From an uncultured Salinisphaerales bacterium (GTDB taxonomy: Bacteria > Pseudomonadota > Gammaproteobacteria > Nevskiales > CAJXLF01), in the NCBI GenBank assembly GCA_913055805.1, contig CAJXLF010000006.1:1735-65734 (forward strand): DNA of 64,000 bases, given 5' to 3'. The translations under genes and the position numbers were made by a program. How positions within the stretch are numbered: position 1 is the first letter of the stretch; each line of letters begins with the position of its first letter. Under the pieces are notes generated by a model that was not told the origin of the DNA, did no database searches, and saw only the letters and a list, made by a program, of their open reading frames with translations. Shown here one piece after another: positions 19,835 to 29,652 of this stretch.

Positions 19835-20974
19835 ATGCTGAATACCTCCACGCGTACCGCTTACAACCAGGACCACGAGCTGTTCCGCGACCAGGTCCGG
19901 CGCTTCATTTCCCGCGAGGTCACGCCCCATCTGGCCCGCTGGGAAAAACAGGGGATGGTGGACCGGTCCTTCTGGCTGGCCTGCGGCGAAGCCGGCCTGC
20001 TTTGCCCTGGCGTTCCCGAGGAATATGGGGGACTCGGACTGGATTACGGCTTCAACGCCGTATTCCATGAGGAGCTGTTCTACGTCGGCGCGATACCGGG
20101 TCCGGCCGCGCACGAAATCGCCGGCGAGTACATTCTGCACTACGGCTCCGAGGCGCAGAAGCAGCTCTGGCTGCCCCGCATGATCAAGGGCGAGACGATC
20201 ACGGCCATTGCGATGACCGAACCTTCCGGCGGTTCCGACCTGCAGGCAATGAGGACCACCGCCGTTCGTGATGGCGACAACTACATCATCAACGGCTCGA
20301 AAATCTATATCTCCAATGGCGGCTGCGCCGACCTGGTGGTGGTCGCTCTCAAGACCAATCCCGACGCCGGTTCCAAGGGCATCTCCCTGATCCTGGTGGA
20401 AGCGGACCGCGAGGGCTTTAAGCGCGGCCCCAATCTCGACAAGATCGGCCAGAAAGCCGGGGACACGACCGAGCTGTTCTTCCACAATCTGCGCGTACCC
20501 GCCACGAATCTTCTCGGCGAGGAAGGCAAGGGTTTCGCTTATATGATGAAACACCTGGCCGCCGAGCGGCTGGGCAACGCCATCATCGGGCAGACCAGCG
20601 CGCAACGCGCTTTTGACGAGGCCGTCGAATTCACCAAGGGGCGCAAGGCTTTCGGCCAGACCGTGTTCGACTTTCAGAACACGCGTTTCACGCTGGCGGA
20701 TATCGCCGCGAAGCTACAGGTCGGATGGGCCCACATCGACTGGGCCATCAAGCGCCAGATCAATGGCGAATTGACAACAGTCGAGGCCTCGGCCGCCAAA
20801 CTGTTCCATTCGGAACTGCAGTTCGAGATATGCGACCAGGCGCTGCAGCTCCACGGCGGCGCCGGCTACATGAACGAATACCCCATTGCCCGCTTCTGGC
20901 GTGACGCGCGCGTGCAACGCATCTATTCCGGCACCTCAGAAATCATGAAGGAAGTGATCTCCCGGTCCATCTGA
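19835..20974 (+). CDS. Acyl-CoA dehydrogenase
   Basis: It is 379 aa and carries the ACAD pattern: AMTEPSGGSDL, YISNG and a C-terminal RIYSGTSEIMKEVI. Confidence 0.9.
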   Translation: MLNTSTRTAYNQDHELFRDQVRRFISREVTPHLARWEKQGMVDRSFWLACGEAGLLCPGVPEEYGGLGLDYGFNAVFHEELFYVGAIPGPAAHEIAGEYILHYGSEAQKQLWLPRMIKGETITAIAMTEPSGGSDLQAMRTTAVRDGDNYIINGSKIYISNGGCADLVVVALKTNPDAGSKGISLILVEADREGFKRGPNLDKIGQKAGDTTELFFHNLRVPATNLLGEEGKGFAYMMKHLAAERLGNAIIGQTSAQRAFDEAVEFTKGRKAFGQTVFDFQNTRFTLADIAAKLQVGWAHIDWAIKRQINGELTTVEASAAKLFHSELQFEICDQALQLHGGAGYMNEYPIARFWRDARVQRIYSGTSEIMKEVISRSI

Positions 20975-21046
20975 CGGATAATCAAAACCCTGGTACGTTG
21001 TGACAACGGGCGCGGCCGGTGCTGGCCATTTACAGGAAGCTCAGGC

Positions 21047-21445
21047 ATGAACGAATTTGGTTACGCCACACCTGGCCTGCTCTTCCCGGCCGTGTCACTG
21101 CTTATGCTCGCTTATACCAACCGGTTCCTGGCGCTTGCCAGCCTGGCCCGCCACCTGATCGCACGCTACCGGGAACAACCCGACAACCGATTGAGTGAAC
21201 AGGTCAAGAATCTTCGCTTGCGCCTGACGCTGCTCAGGCATACGCAGGCGCAAGGCGTACTCAGCCTGATATTCTGCACGGCCAGCCTGCTCGCGCTCTT
21301 TATCAATGCGTCACTGCTTGCCAAGCTGGCCTTTGCAGCCGCCCTGCTATGCATGCTCCTGTCACTGGGACTTTCCCTGCGAGAAATCCAGCTGTCGGAG
21401 CGCGCCATCAATATAGAGCTGGACGACCTGCTTGCCGGTCAGTAG
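21047..21445 (+). CDS. Small membrane protein, DUF2721-like
   Basis: It has three hydrophobic segments and the motif LLFPAVSLLMLAYTNRFLALA, recalled from the DUF2721 family. Confidence 0.45.
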   Translation: MNEFGYATPGLLFPAVSLLMLAYTNRFLALASLARHLIARYREQPDNRLSEQVKNLRLRLTLLRHTQAQGVLSLIFCTASLLALFINASLLAKLAFAAALLCMLLSLGLSLREIQLSERAINIELDDLLAGQ

Positions 21446-21461
21446 GGAAATGATCTCCAGC

Positions 21462-22265
21462 TCATTCGATATCTAGAAAACCACGGATGCGCCCTGCACT
21501 GACCTCCGGTTGCGCAACAACAAACAAGTGCCCATCGTCGAGAATCTCCAGGCGCGATTGGGGAATAAGCCGCGCCAGAATATGGCCGTTAATGGGTGGA
21601 CAGATCGGGTCGTCCACCCCGGATATCACCAGTGTTGGCTGCCGCAAACGCCAGATCCAGGCCGCGCTGCTCCATGCGGCGATCGCCGCAAGTTGCAGGG
21701 TATAGCCGACCCAGGTTGGCTTATGCAGGCGGCTGATATGGCTTCGCACGAGCTGCGGATCCAGGCGAAAACGCCCACCGTAAAGACTCCCTGCATGACG
21801 CTCCATGTAGCGCTTGTCCAGGTATCGCCGCGGTGTCAGCATCTTGCGAAAAACCGCCGGCGACGCAGGCCAACCCAGTGGCATGCCGGCCATGGTGGCG
21901 CATAACACCAGGCGGCGGCAGCGGCCCGGATGTGAATGTGCAAACTGCAGCGCAAGCGCGCCACCCCAGGACACGCCAATCACATCCGCGCGCTGATGGC
22001 CGGCTTGCTTGAGGACATGGGCAGCCAGGCGCGCCAGGGTACGCATGGTATATGGCGCTCCGGGCGAAGCCGAACCGCCGGTACCGGGCACATCGAACGA
22101 AATGACTTCCAGATCAGGGCCCAGCGCCTCGACCAGCGGCTCCAGCAACTCCAGGTTGCCGCCGATACCATTGAACAAAAACACCGGAGTACGCTGCGCA
22201 TCCGTGCCTGGCCACACGGCAACGCGAAGACTTGCCGCGCCTACCTTGATCTGCCGCAGCTTCAT
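21462..22265 (-). CDS. phaZ: Poly(3-hydroxyalkanoate) depolymerase (intracellular, PhaZ type)
   Basis: LFNGIGGNLELLEPLVEALGPDLEVISFDVPGTGGS and IGVSWGGALALQFAH closely parallel Pseudomonas PhaZ. The ORF 21462..22565 was trimmed to MKLRQIKV (22265) because the extension overlaps phaC. Confidence 0.8.
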   Translation of the reverse strand: MKLRQIKVGAASLRVAVWPGTDAQRTPVFLFNGIGGNLELLEPLVEALGPDLEVISFDVPGTGGSASPGAPYTMRTLARLAAHVLKQAGHQRADVIGVSWGGALALQFAHSHPGRCRRLVLCATMAGMPLGWPASPAVFRKMLTPRRYLDKRYMERHAGSLYGGRFRLDPQLVRSHISRLHKPTWVGYTLQLAAIAAWSSAAWIWRLRQPTLVISGVDDPICPPINGHILARLIPQSRLEILDDGHLFVVAQPEVSAGRIRGFLDIE

Positions 22266-22299
22266 CGCACGTTTTTCAGGTGACGGGGCCACCTGCGGA

Positions 22300-23955
22300 C
22301 TATTGCTGGAAGACATAGGTGCCTGGCGCTGGAGCCAATGGACGGTGTTTGGCACTGCCAGGCCTGCGCGGCGCCCTGCGCTTCCTGCCGCTGCGTTTGC
22401 TGATCCAGTCCTGCCAGTATTCCCACCAGGAACCCTGCTGCTGACTGGCGCTCTCCAGCCACTTTTCAGGATCGGCCAGCGGCTGCCCGCCGGTCCAGTA
22501 GCGCGCCCGCTCAGCCGGCGGCGGGTTGATGAGGCTGGCGATATGGCCGGCACTGCTGAGCACAAAGGTCGATTCGCCGCCCAGCAATTGCGTGGTCTGA
22601 TAGCAACCCTTCCACGGGGTCAGGTGGTCCGCTATCGCTCCTGTCAGAAAGGTGTCGATCCCGATCCGTGACAAGTCGACCGGCGTGCCCAGCACTGAGA
22701 ACTCCCCGGCTCTTGGCAACGGGTTGTCACGAAAAATCTGGATGAAATCCTCGTGCAGCGCGGCCGGCAGGTTGGTGCCATCCGCATTCCAGGCCAGGAT
22801 ATCGAAGCTTGGCGGGCTCTTGCCCAGCAGGTAGTTATTGACCCAGTAGTTCCAGATGAGGTCGTTGGGGCGCAGCCAGGTAAAAACCTTGGCCAGATCG
22901 CGCCCCTTGAGGACGCCCCTGCTTCGCGACCTTCTGGCCGCGCTTCGCAGCAGCGGTTTTGAATTCAGCGCACCGACCAGGGCCGGCCCGGACAGGTCAA
23001 GCAAGGTCACGGCTGAACAGGCCGCGTTAACGCGGTCATCCCCGCTTGCGGCCATGTGGGCCAGCAGCAGAAACATGGTGATGCCGCCGGCGCAGAATCC
23101 AAAAGTGTTCAGGTCCTTAGAGCCGGAGATTTCACATACCGCATCGATTGCTTCCAGCAAGGACTCGCAGTAGTCATCCATGTTCCAGTGGCCCTGTTCG
23201 GGCGCGGGATTGCGCCAGCTCACCATGAAGGTATGAACCCCCTGGCTCACCGCGTACTCGACAAAACTGCGGCCGGGCGAGATATCCAGGAAGTAATACC
23301 TGTTGATTTGCGGTGAGACTATCAGCAATGGTTTTTCATAAACGGAGGCGGTGCGGGGTTTGTACTCAATGATTTCCAGCATCGGATTGCGGAAGACGAC
23401 CGCGCCGGGTGTCGCCGCCAGATTCTTCCCCACCTTGAACTTCGAACGGTCGACCTGGCTGGGGAAGCCCCCGTTATGCCGGACATCGTGGATGAAATTC
23501 CTGGCGCCTCTCAGCAGGCTCCTGCCGCGCGACTGCCGAACGGCCTGCAGGGCCACCGGATTGGTGAACAACAGATTCGTGGGCGCAAGGGTCGATGTCA
23601 AAACCTCGGCGAACAGGCGGGCCCGCTCCTGTTCCGTCCATGGGCCGTCTTCCATGCGGATCCTGTCGGTGAAATCGCAGAACGCCGCATAGACCTGACC
23701 GATACGCCGAAAAACCCGATGGTTGGTCCAGGCGGGATCCCTGAATCGCGGGTCTGCCGGGGAAATCGTGATTTCGGATTCTCCGGCCAGAATACGCAAT
23801 ATCTCTCTGGCAAAAGCCCTCGTTTCCGGTGCGATGCGTTCGCGGTCGATCAATGCCAGGAAAGACCGGGCCAGCTGGCGCAGGCTCCAGTCACCCGGCG
23901 CTTCGGCCGCGCCCACAGAGTCCAGCACCGACTCTGTTTCATGTGAAGTCTTCAT
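22300..23955 (-). CDS. phaC: Class II-like poly(R)-hydroxyalkanoate synthase
   Basis: It has the lipase-box-like GFCAGG. Motifs RPNDLIWNYWVNNYLLG, FDILAWNADGTNLPAA and GTYV at the C-terminus track Pseudomonas PhaC1. Confidence 0.9.
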   Translation of the reverse strand: MKTSHETESVLDSVGAAEAPGDWSLRQLARSFLALIDRERIAPETRAFAREILRILAGESEITISPADPRFRDPAWTNHRVFRRIGQVYAAFCDFTDRIRMEDGPWTEQERARLFAEVLTSTLAPTNLLFTNPVALQAVRQSRGRSLLRGARNFIHDVRHNGGFPSQVDRSKFKVGKNLAATPGAVVFRNPMLEIIEYKPRTASVYEKPLLIVSPQINRYYFLDISPGRSFVEYAVSQGVHTFMVSWRNPAPEQGHWNMDDYCESLLEAIDAVCEISGSKDLNTFGFCAGGITMFLLLAHMAASGDDRVNAACSAVTLLDLSGPALVGALNSKPLLRSAARRSRSRGVLKGRDLAKVFTWLRPNDLIWNYWVNNYLLGKSPPSFDILAWNADGTNLPAALHEDFIQIFRDNPLPRAGEFSVLGTPVDLSRIGIDTFLTGAIADHLTPWKGCYQTTQLLGGESTFVLSSAGHIASLINPPPAERARYWTGGQPLADPEKWLESASQQQGSWWEYWQDWISKRSGRKRRAPRRPGSAKHRPLAPAPGTYVFQQ

Positions 23956-24714
23956 TTACATTTCCCATCCGCCATTGACGGAGATGACCTGGCCCGTGAT
24001 GTAGGAGGCTTCGGGATCGGCAAGAAACATCACCGCCCGCGCAATATCCTGCCCCGTTCCAAAGCGCCGCATGGGAATCTTCTCCAGCATGCGGTCGAGC
24101 GCTTCCCCGGGGATCGCCTCAAGCATTTCTGTTTCGATTGCCCCCGGCGCCACGCAATTGACCGTAACGCCCTTGAGAGCGACTTCCAGCGCCAGGCTTT
24201 TGGTGAACCCGAACAATCCTGACTTGGAGGCGGCATAGTTGGCCTGGCCGAATCCGCCGGTCTGGCCGATCAGCGAGCTGATGTTGATGATGCGCCCGAA
24301 ACCGCGCTCCACCATCTGGTCCAGCACTGCCTTGGACATGTGAAACGCGCCCGAAAGATTGACCCGCACAACGGCGCGCCAGTCCTCCGTGCTCATTCTG
24401 CGGACCGTCTTGTCGACAGTGATACCGGCGTTGTTGACCAGCACGTCAATACGCCCATGCGAACTCATCACTTCATGCACGACACGCTCACAGTCCCCAG
24501 GTTCGCCGATGTTGCCCTGGTGAATGGACGCGAAGCCGCCCTCCTCTTTCAGGGAATCCGCGAAAGCTTGTGCGGGTTGCGGGCGGGAACTGTAGCCGAT
24601 TGCCACATGGTAGCCACTGCGGGCAAGGGCCCGGGAAATATGCGCCCCGATGCCGCGCGCACCGCCGGTTACCAGGGCAACAGGTGTTGCACTATCGGTT
24701 TTATCAGCATTCAT
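23956..24714 (-). CDS. 3-oxoacyl reductase (FabG / acetoacetyl-CoA reductase PhaB-like SDR)
   Basis: Motifs are VTGGARGIGAH, NNAGIT and YAASK. Its TAA stop abuts the phaC ATG. Confidence 0.85.
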   Translation of the reverse strand: MNADKTDSATPVALVTGGARGIGAHISRALARSGYHVAIGYSSRPQPAQAFADSLKEEGGFASIHQGNIGEPGDCERVVHEVMSSHGRIDVLVNNAGITVDKTVRRMSTEDWRAVVRVNLSGAFHMSKAVLDQMVERGFGRIINISSLIGQTGGFGQANYAASKSGLFGFTKSLALEVALKGVTVNCVAPGAIETEMLEAIPGEALDRMLEKIPMRRFGTGQDIARAVMFLADPEASYITGQVISVNGGWEM

Positions 24715-24743
24715 TCATGCCTCCTTGATTGCATGCGGCTATA

Positions 24744-26081
24744 TCAGACAGTCGACATGGTGGTGCGCATGCGCACCACCATGTCGCGGTAGGGTTGCCG
24801 TCCCCAGCCAAGCAGAACGATGGCGCCGGCACAGCCCACTACGGAAATGACCAGGAGAGACCAGCGCACCGCCAGGTCGTCTCGGAAAAGGTAATCGGTA
24901 AGCAAGGCGACCGCCGTGGGGCCCAGGCCCAGGCCGATCAGGTTCACGTTAAACAGATAGATCGCTGACGCCTGCCCGCGCATCTGGTTCGGCACGATCT
25001 CCTGGATGGCTGCCGGCGCTGCGCCGAAGGGCATGCTCAGGAAAAAAGTCATGGGCGCGATGAATATCCATGCCCAGATCACGCTCGGCACCGATACAAC
25101 GGCAATACTGGCCAGCATGCCCAGACCAGCCGACCACATGCCGAGCCGCAGGGCCGCATCAGTCGCGTCCTGCCTGATCCATCGATCAGCGAGTCGTCCG
25201 CCCAGTACGATGCCCGTACAACCGAACAGCATGGTTAGCAGGCCGTAGATGATGCCCACCTGACCGGGCGAAACGCCCCAGGTGCGGATAAAGAAACTGG
25301 GTATCCATGCCGCGGCGCCATAACTGACCAGGCCCAGCATCGCGAAGCCATAGTTGTGGCAGAGCACCGTACGGCGGTTTTGCCACAGATGGGATACAAC
25401 CTGGCTGAACGGCACAACCGCGGCACCCGGCTGCATACCGTGCCGCGGGGGTTCACGCACCAGGAAGAACGCCAGACTGAAGACAATGCCCGCTCCGCCC
25501 AGGATCAGGAAAACGAGCTGCCAGGGATGCGTCATGCCGATAACGGGAAGTTGGAGCGCCCCGCGCGCGGATACGAACTGGATCACCAATCCGCCGAGCA
25601 CCAGGGCCAGGCCAAGGCCGAGATAGATACCCATCCCGTAAACACTCAGGGCCGTGGAACGCTTCTCAGGGGGGAAGTAATCCGCAATCATGGAGTAGGC
25701 GGCAGGAGAAAGCGCCGCCTCGCCCACGCCTACGCCAATGCGGTACAGGAACATCTGCCAATACACCTTGGCAGTGCCGCACAGGGCGGTCATCAGGCTC
25801 CACAGAACCACGCCCGCGGCAATCAGCAGGCGGCGGCTTTTACTGTCGGCGAGGCGCCCAAGAGGAATACCCATGACGGTGTAGAAAATCGCAAACGAGA
25901 ACCCCATGAGCAGGCTCATCTGCGTGTCCGTGATGCCGAGGTCACGCCGAATCGGCCCGACCAACAGACTGAGAATCTGTCTGTCGACGAATGAAAACAC
26001 GTAGGCGACCATCAGAATGGCGACAACAAACCACGCGTAGCGCAGCGAGGCATAGGGCCTGGTGTCTTCTGTGTTTGCCAT
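24744..26081 (-). CDS. MFS transporter
   Basis: It has about 12 hydrophobic segments and the motif GRLADSKSRR. The likely start is MANTEDTR at 26081. Confidence 0.85.
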   Translation of the reverse strand: MANTEDTRPYASLRYAWFVVAILMVAYVFSFVDRQILSLLVGPIRRDLGITDTQMSLLMGFSFAIFYTVMGIPLGRLADSKSRRLLIAAGVVLWSLMTALCGTAKVYWQMFLYRIGVGVGEAALSPAAYSMIADYFPPEKRSTALSVYGMGIYLGLGLALVLGGLVIQFVSARGALQLPVIGMTHPWQLVFLILGGAGIVFSLAFFLVREPPRHGMQPGAAVVPFSQVVSHLWQNRRTVLCHNYGFAMLGLVSYGAAAWIPSFFIRTWGVSPGQVGIIYGLLTMLFGCTGIVLGGRLADRWIRQDATDAALRLGMWSAGLGMLASIAVVSVPSVIWAWIFIAPMTFFLSMPFGAAPAAIQEIVPNQMRGQASAIYLFNVNLIGLGLGPTAVALLTDYLFRDDLAVRWSLLVISVVGCAGAIVLLGWGRQPYRDMVVRMRTTMSTV

Positions 26082-26326
26082 GCCTGTCTCCTCCCGCCAC
26101 CTCGGGCTGGTATACATGCATCAGAATTTATATTCTACACTCGTTGAAATTAATTTTAAAGCATGTTATCGTGCCATCAAGCTGAATCATCGGGACAGGT
26201 GATGCGGCGGAGAACCACCAAACCAGGATCATCTCCCCCCTGCTCCCGACGAATCCTGGCCCAGGGGATCACGCACCAAGGGCTGAAATCATGAATTCAG
26301 CCAGATTGCACCAAGGAGATGGATTC

Positions 26327-26770
26327 ATGACCGGCAACGACAGGAACGAGGTCCAGCGCCTGGAAGCTGTAAAGCAGTACTTCATTCGCGGGGACGCCGG
26401 GCGGACGGATACTGTCGACCTGCTTACCGACGATGTGCAGATTTATTTCCCGAAATTCGGCATAACACACGGCAAGGCCGCGCTTATGGAGCTAGCGCAG
26501 GGGCTGATCGGGTCGATGGCTGAATTCAGCCATGTCATGTCGAGCTTAAGCTACCTGGTCACCGAGCAGGCCGTCATCGTCGAGGGCACTACTCGCGGCA
26601 TGGACCAGGAAGGCCGTCGCTGGCAAGGCGGTGAAACACCGGGCGGGCGTTTCTGCAGCGTTTTTGAGTTCCGCGGGCCGCTGATCAGCCGCATTCACAT
26701 ATATCTGGACCCCGACTACACCGGCCGTGACGAAGACCGCTTCCTGTGGGGAAAGAATCGCAACTGGTAA
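26327..26770 (+). CDS. SnoaL-like / NTF2-fold protein
   Basis: ORF 26291..26770. ATG 26327 has an AAGGAGA SD 7 nt upstream. The size and pattern resemble ketosteroid-isomerase-like proteins. Confidence 0.6.
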   Translation: MTGNDRNEVQRLEAVKQYFIRGDAGRTDTVDLLTDDVQIYFPKFGITHGKAALMELAQGLIGSMAEFSHVMSSLSYLVTEQAVIVEGTTRGMDQEGRRWQGGETPGGRFCSVFEFRGPLISRIHIYLDPDYTGRDEDRFLWGKNRNW

Positions 26771-26831
26771 GTCTTGTATCCCAAGACTTTATCCCGTTTT
26801 CACCTGCGATCAGGTCGAAAGCGTTAAACCC

Positions 26832-27734
26832 TCAACGGAATACAGGCGTCGTACCCGACTGGGTGCGCCGGTCACCGGCTTTTCTCAGCCGCATCCCCAG
26901 TTCGGCGATGCGGCGCTCGCCGGCAACCAGCGCTTCTGTGGAAGTGTGGACAGAATAGGACCCCATATGCAGATCATAGGGATGAGGCACGGCCGAGCCG
27001 AGGACGAAAACAGCGTCTTCGTTGCCCGTCGCCTGCAGAAGAATCGGCGCATCCCCGTTCTCGAAGCTGATCATTTCGCCGGCGCTGATGCCGCTCCCGG
27101 TTTCCAGCGACCCTTTGGCGAGCGCCAGCCAGGCAACCATATGCCCTGCCGGTGGCGCGTAGGTCCAGCTTTCACCGGACTTGAGCGTCACGAGCAGATA
27201 GTTAACGCCTTCCGGAGCCGGCACAGGACTCTGCTCCCCTTCGTGGCACCCGACGATGACATGCGCTGGCCCGGCCCGGCGCATGTCATCGGCTTCGATA
27301 TAGCGGCTCTCCGGCTCCGCATTCTCAAGCTCGCGCGGCAGGGTGATCCATAACTGAAAGCCCTGGATGCGGTCTACGTCGTCCGGCGTCATTTCCTTAC
27401 CATGCCAGACACCGCCACCAGCCCGCATCCACTCGACACCGCCATAGGCAATTACGCCGGAGCCGTTGGCCGGGTCTTCAAAGCGCATCCGGCCTTCGGT
27501 AAAGACGGTTATGGTCGCAATGCCGGAATGAGGGTGAATGGGCATGCCGCCGCCTGACGACATCGCCTGGATCATGCGGCGGTCTGCCTGGAAAATATCA
27601 AGAAAGACAAAAGGCTTCAGAACCTGACCCAGGTCTGAAGGACTCATCAGGCGGGTAATAAAGCCATCTCCTTGACCGCGTGTCCGAAAGGCGATTTTCC
27701 TCTGCGCCTGGTCTGTGATCGTTGATTCATTCAT
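26832..27734 (-). CDS. Pirin family protein
   Basis: It has the cupin metal motif PIHPHSGIATITV and the two-cupin length. The start was trimmed to MNESTIT (27734), downstream of the SDR stop. Confidence 0.85.
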   Translation of the reverse strand: MNESTITDQAQRKIAFRTRGQGDGFITRLMSPSDLGQVLKPFVFLDIFQADRRMIQAMSSGGGMPIHPHSGIATITVFTEGRMRFEDPANGSGVIAYGGVEWMRAGGGVWHGKEMTPDDVDRIQGFQLWITLPRELENAEPESRYIEADDMRRAGPAHVIVGCHEGEQSPVPAPEGVNYLLVTLKSGESWTYAPPAGHMVAWLALAKGSLETGSGISAGEMISFENGDAPILLQATGNEDAVFVLGSAVPHPYDLHMGSYSVHTSTEALVAGERRIAELGMRLRKAGDRRTQSGTTPVFR

Positions 27735-27753
27735 CGCTGGATAGCTTCCATGT

Positions 27754-28620
27754 TCATTGGGGCGCCAGGCCAAGCACGGCCAGGCGCAGGGCATCGAGAA
27801 CCTCGTCCGGCTCGCGGCGGGCAGTCGCTACCAGTTCCTCGGCTTCCTTGCCGACAGCCACACGCGTTGGCGCCTGCGGCGCCCGGATCGCATCCATGAT
27901 TACGTCTGCTGCGACATCCGCTGCCACGCCATTGGACTGCAACTGATTGATTGCCACCGAGAACTTCGCAAACGCTGCACCGTAGAGCTGGCGTCCGGCA
28001 TCATCCATGGCCGTCGCAATACGCTGCAGATCAGTCACCGCCTTGGCGGGACCGCCGGTGCGCATATTGCCTGGCTCGGCGATAACGATGTCCACGCCCT
28101 GCGGCCGCAGTTCCAGCCGATAGGCATCCACGAAGGCCTCCAGTGATGCCTTCGCGGCGCTCGAAACACCAGCGAACGGTAACGGCAGGCGTCCTGTGAC
28201 CGAGCCGAGTTGCACGATACGCCCGCGTGCTGCCCGCAGTGCCGGCAGAAAAGCGTTGATCACGGCAATGCTACCGAATACGTTCACTTCGAAATCATGG
28301 CGAATGACATCAAGCGCGGTTAGTTCCAACGGTCCCATCGTAAGGATGCCCGCGTTGTTGACCAGGACATCCAGCCCGTTCTCGCCCAGCTCCGACGACA
28401 CTCTGCCTGACCACGACGCAATAGCATCCGCGTCGGTCACATCACAGTGGCTGAGCTCGATCTCGCCATTGGCCGTTTTGACGACTCCAGCGTCAGCAGG
28501 ATTTCGCACTGCGCCGTAGACACGGTAGCCGGCCTCCGCGAGCATCTCTGCAATTGCCCGGCCGAGACCACCGCCGGCACCCGTGATTGCTGCAGATGGA
28601 TTCTTTTGTGCTATTGCCAT
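27754..28620 (-). CDS. SDR-fold oxidoreductase, atypical (S-x-x-x-K where Y-x-x-x-K is expected)
   Basis: It has ITGAGGGLGRA and NNAGIL. The active-site region reads GVSSAAKASLEAFVDAYRLEL. Confidence 0.8.
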   Translation of the reverse strand: MAIAQKNPSAAITGAGGGLGRAIAEMLAEAGYRVYGAVRNPADAGVVKTANGEIELSHCDVTDADAIASWSGRVSSELGENGLDVLVNNAGILTMGPLELTALDVIRHDFEVNVFGSIAVINAFLPALRAARGRIVQLGSVTGRLPLPFAGVSSAAKASLEAFVDAYRLELRPQGVDIVIAEPGNMRTGGPAKAVTDLQRIATAMDDAGRQLYGAAFAKFSVAINQLQSNGVAADVAADVIMDAIRAPQAPTRVAVGKEAEELVATARREPDEVLDALRLAVLGLAPQ

Positions 28621-28674
28621 GATGTTCTCGCTTTAAAAGTCACTGTTAGCTTCCACAATCGCTCTGATTCGCCA

Positions 28675-29625
28675 CTACTCAGTGACAACAAGGTTGCGCT
28701 GCATGCCCAGGTTGATACTGCGATCGCTGCTGTAAATACTGGCCTCCACCACGTCTCCCGGCTGCAGGTATTCCTTGCGCCGCGCCTGGGCTTTCTTGAA
28801 CAGTGTCCAGCGCTTCTTCTCCGGCAATATCTGCAACAGTTTCACGACCGCCGGACCCGGAATGCGCAGTGCGCAGCCCGCCGGCGTGCCAGTGGCAAGC
28901 AAATCGCCTGCATGCAGGTCCTGCACGCCAGACAGTTCAGTCAGCGTCTCTGCAGGCGTGAACACGAGGTTCGCGGTGTTGTCGTCCTGACGGGTCTCGC
29001 CGTTGACCTTCAGCAACAGCCGCAGATCACGAAGCAGGGGGAAGTCCTCCGGTGAAAGCAGGCACAGGTACGGGCCCACAGGCCCGAAGCTGCGGTAGCT
29101 CTTGCCCTTGTAGAACTGCATCTGCGGGATCTGAACGTCGCGCGCGGAATAGTCGTTGACGATGGTGATGCCGGCGATATATTCGTGCAGGTTCTGGTCG
29201 GTGACCTCGGTCGCACTCGTGATATCCCGCTTGAGTACCAGGCCCAGTTCCACTTCGTAGTCCAGCAGGCGCACATGTGCGGGCCGCACCAGGTCGGTGT
29301 TAGCCGGCACGATACAACTGCTGGCCTTGCGGAAGATCATGTTGAAAGTCTTGTGATCGGGATTCATTCCCGATTCGATCATGTGCTGCCGGTAGTTTGC
29401 GCCCTGGCAGATGAATTGCTGATTGCGGGTCACCGGCGAAAGGATAGCGACATCAGACTCATTCAGGGTTTCCCCTTGCAGCCCCGCCAGCGCCTGTGCT
29501 TCGGCCGAGCGCAGAAAGTCGCCCGTTGTCTCGAAGCTTCCCTGAACAGGCGTGATCCGCCCGTCACGGGCAACCCCCCACTGCACGCGATTCTGATATT
29601 CAAAGCGGACGACATTGATGGCCAT
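28675..29625 (-). CDS. Fumarylacetoacetate hydrolase (FAH) family protein
   Basis: It has LDYEVELGLVL and a C-terminal GDLLATGTPAGC, which is the FAH fold pattern. Confidence 0.85.
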   Translation of the reverse strand: MAINVVRFEYQNRVQWGVARDGRITPVQGSFETTGDFLRSAEAQALAGLQGETLNESDVAILSPVTRNQQFICQGANYRQHMIESGMNPDHKTFNMIFRKASSCIVPANTDLVRPAHVRLLDYEVELGLVLKRDITSATEVTDQNLHEYIAGITIVNDYSARDVQIPQMQFYKGKSYRSFGPVGPYLCLLSPEDFPLLRDLRLLLKVNGETRQDDNTANLVFTPAETLTELSGVQDLHAGDLLATGTPAGCALRIPGPAVVKLLQILPEKKRWTLFKKAQARRKEYLQPGDVVEASIYSSDRSINLGMQRNLVVTE

Positions 29626-29652
29626 GATTCGTACTCCTGTGCGGTCCTGTTT

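Noticed and set aside
21462-22565. N-terminal extensions proposed by the ORF track. Examples are phaZ to 22565, the SDR to 13175, the FAH to 8215, the VOC protein to 34924, the monooxygenase to 33771 and the pirin to 27794.
   Set aside because: The extensions overlap the upstream gene or promoter, lack homology-like sequence, and are replaced by internal starts with visible SD sequences that align with the family N-termini.
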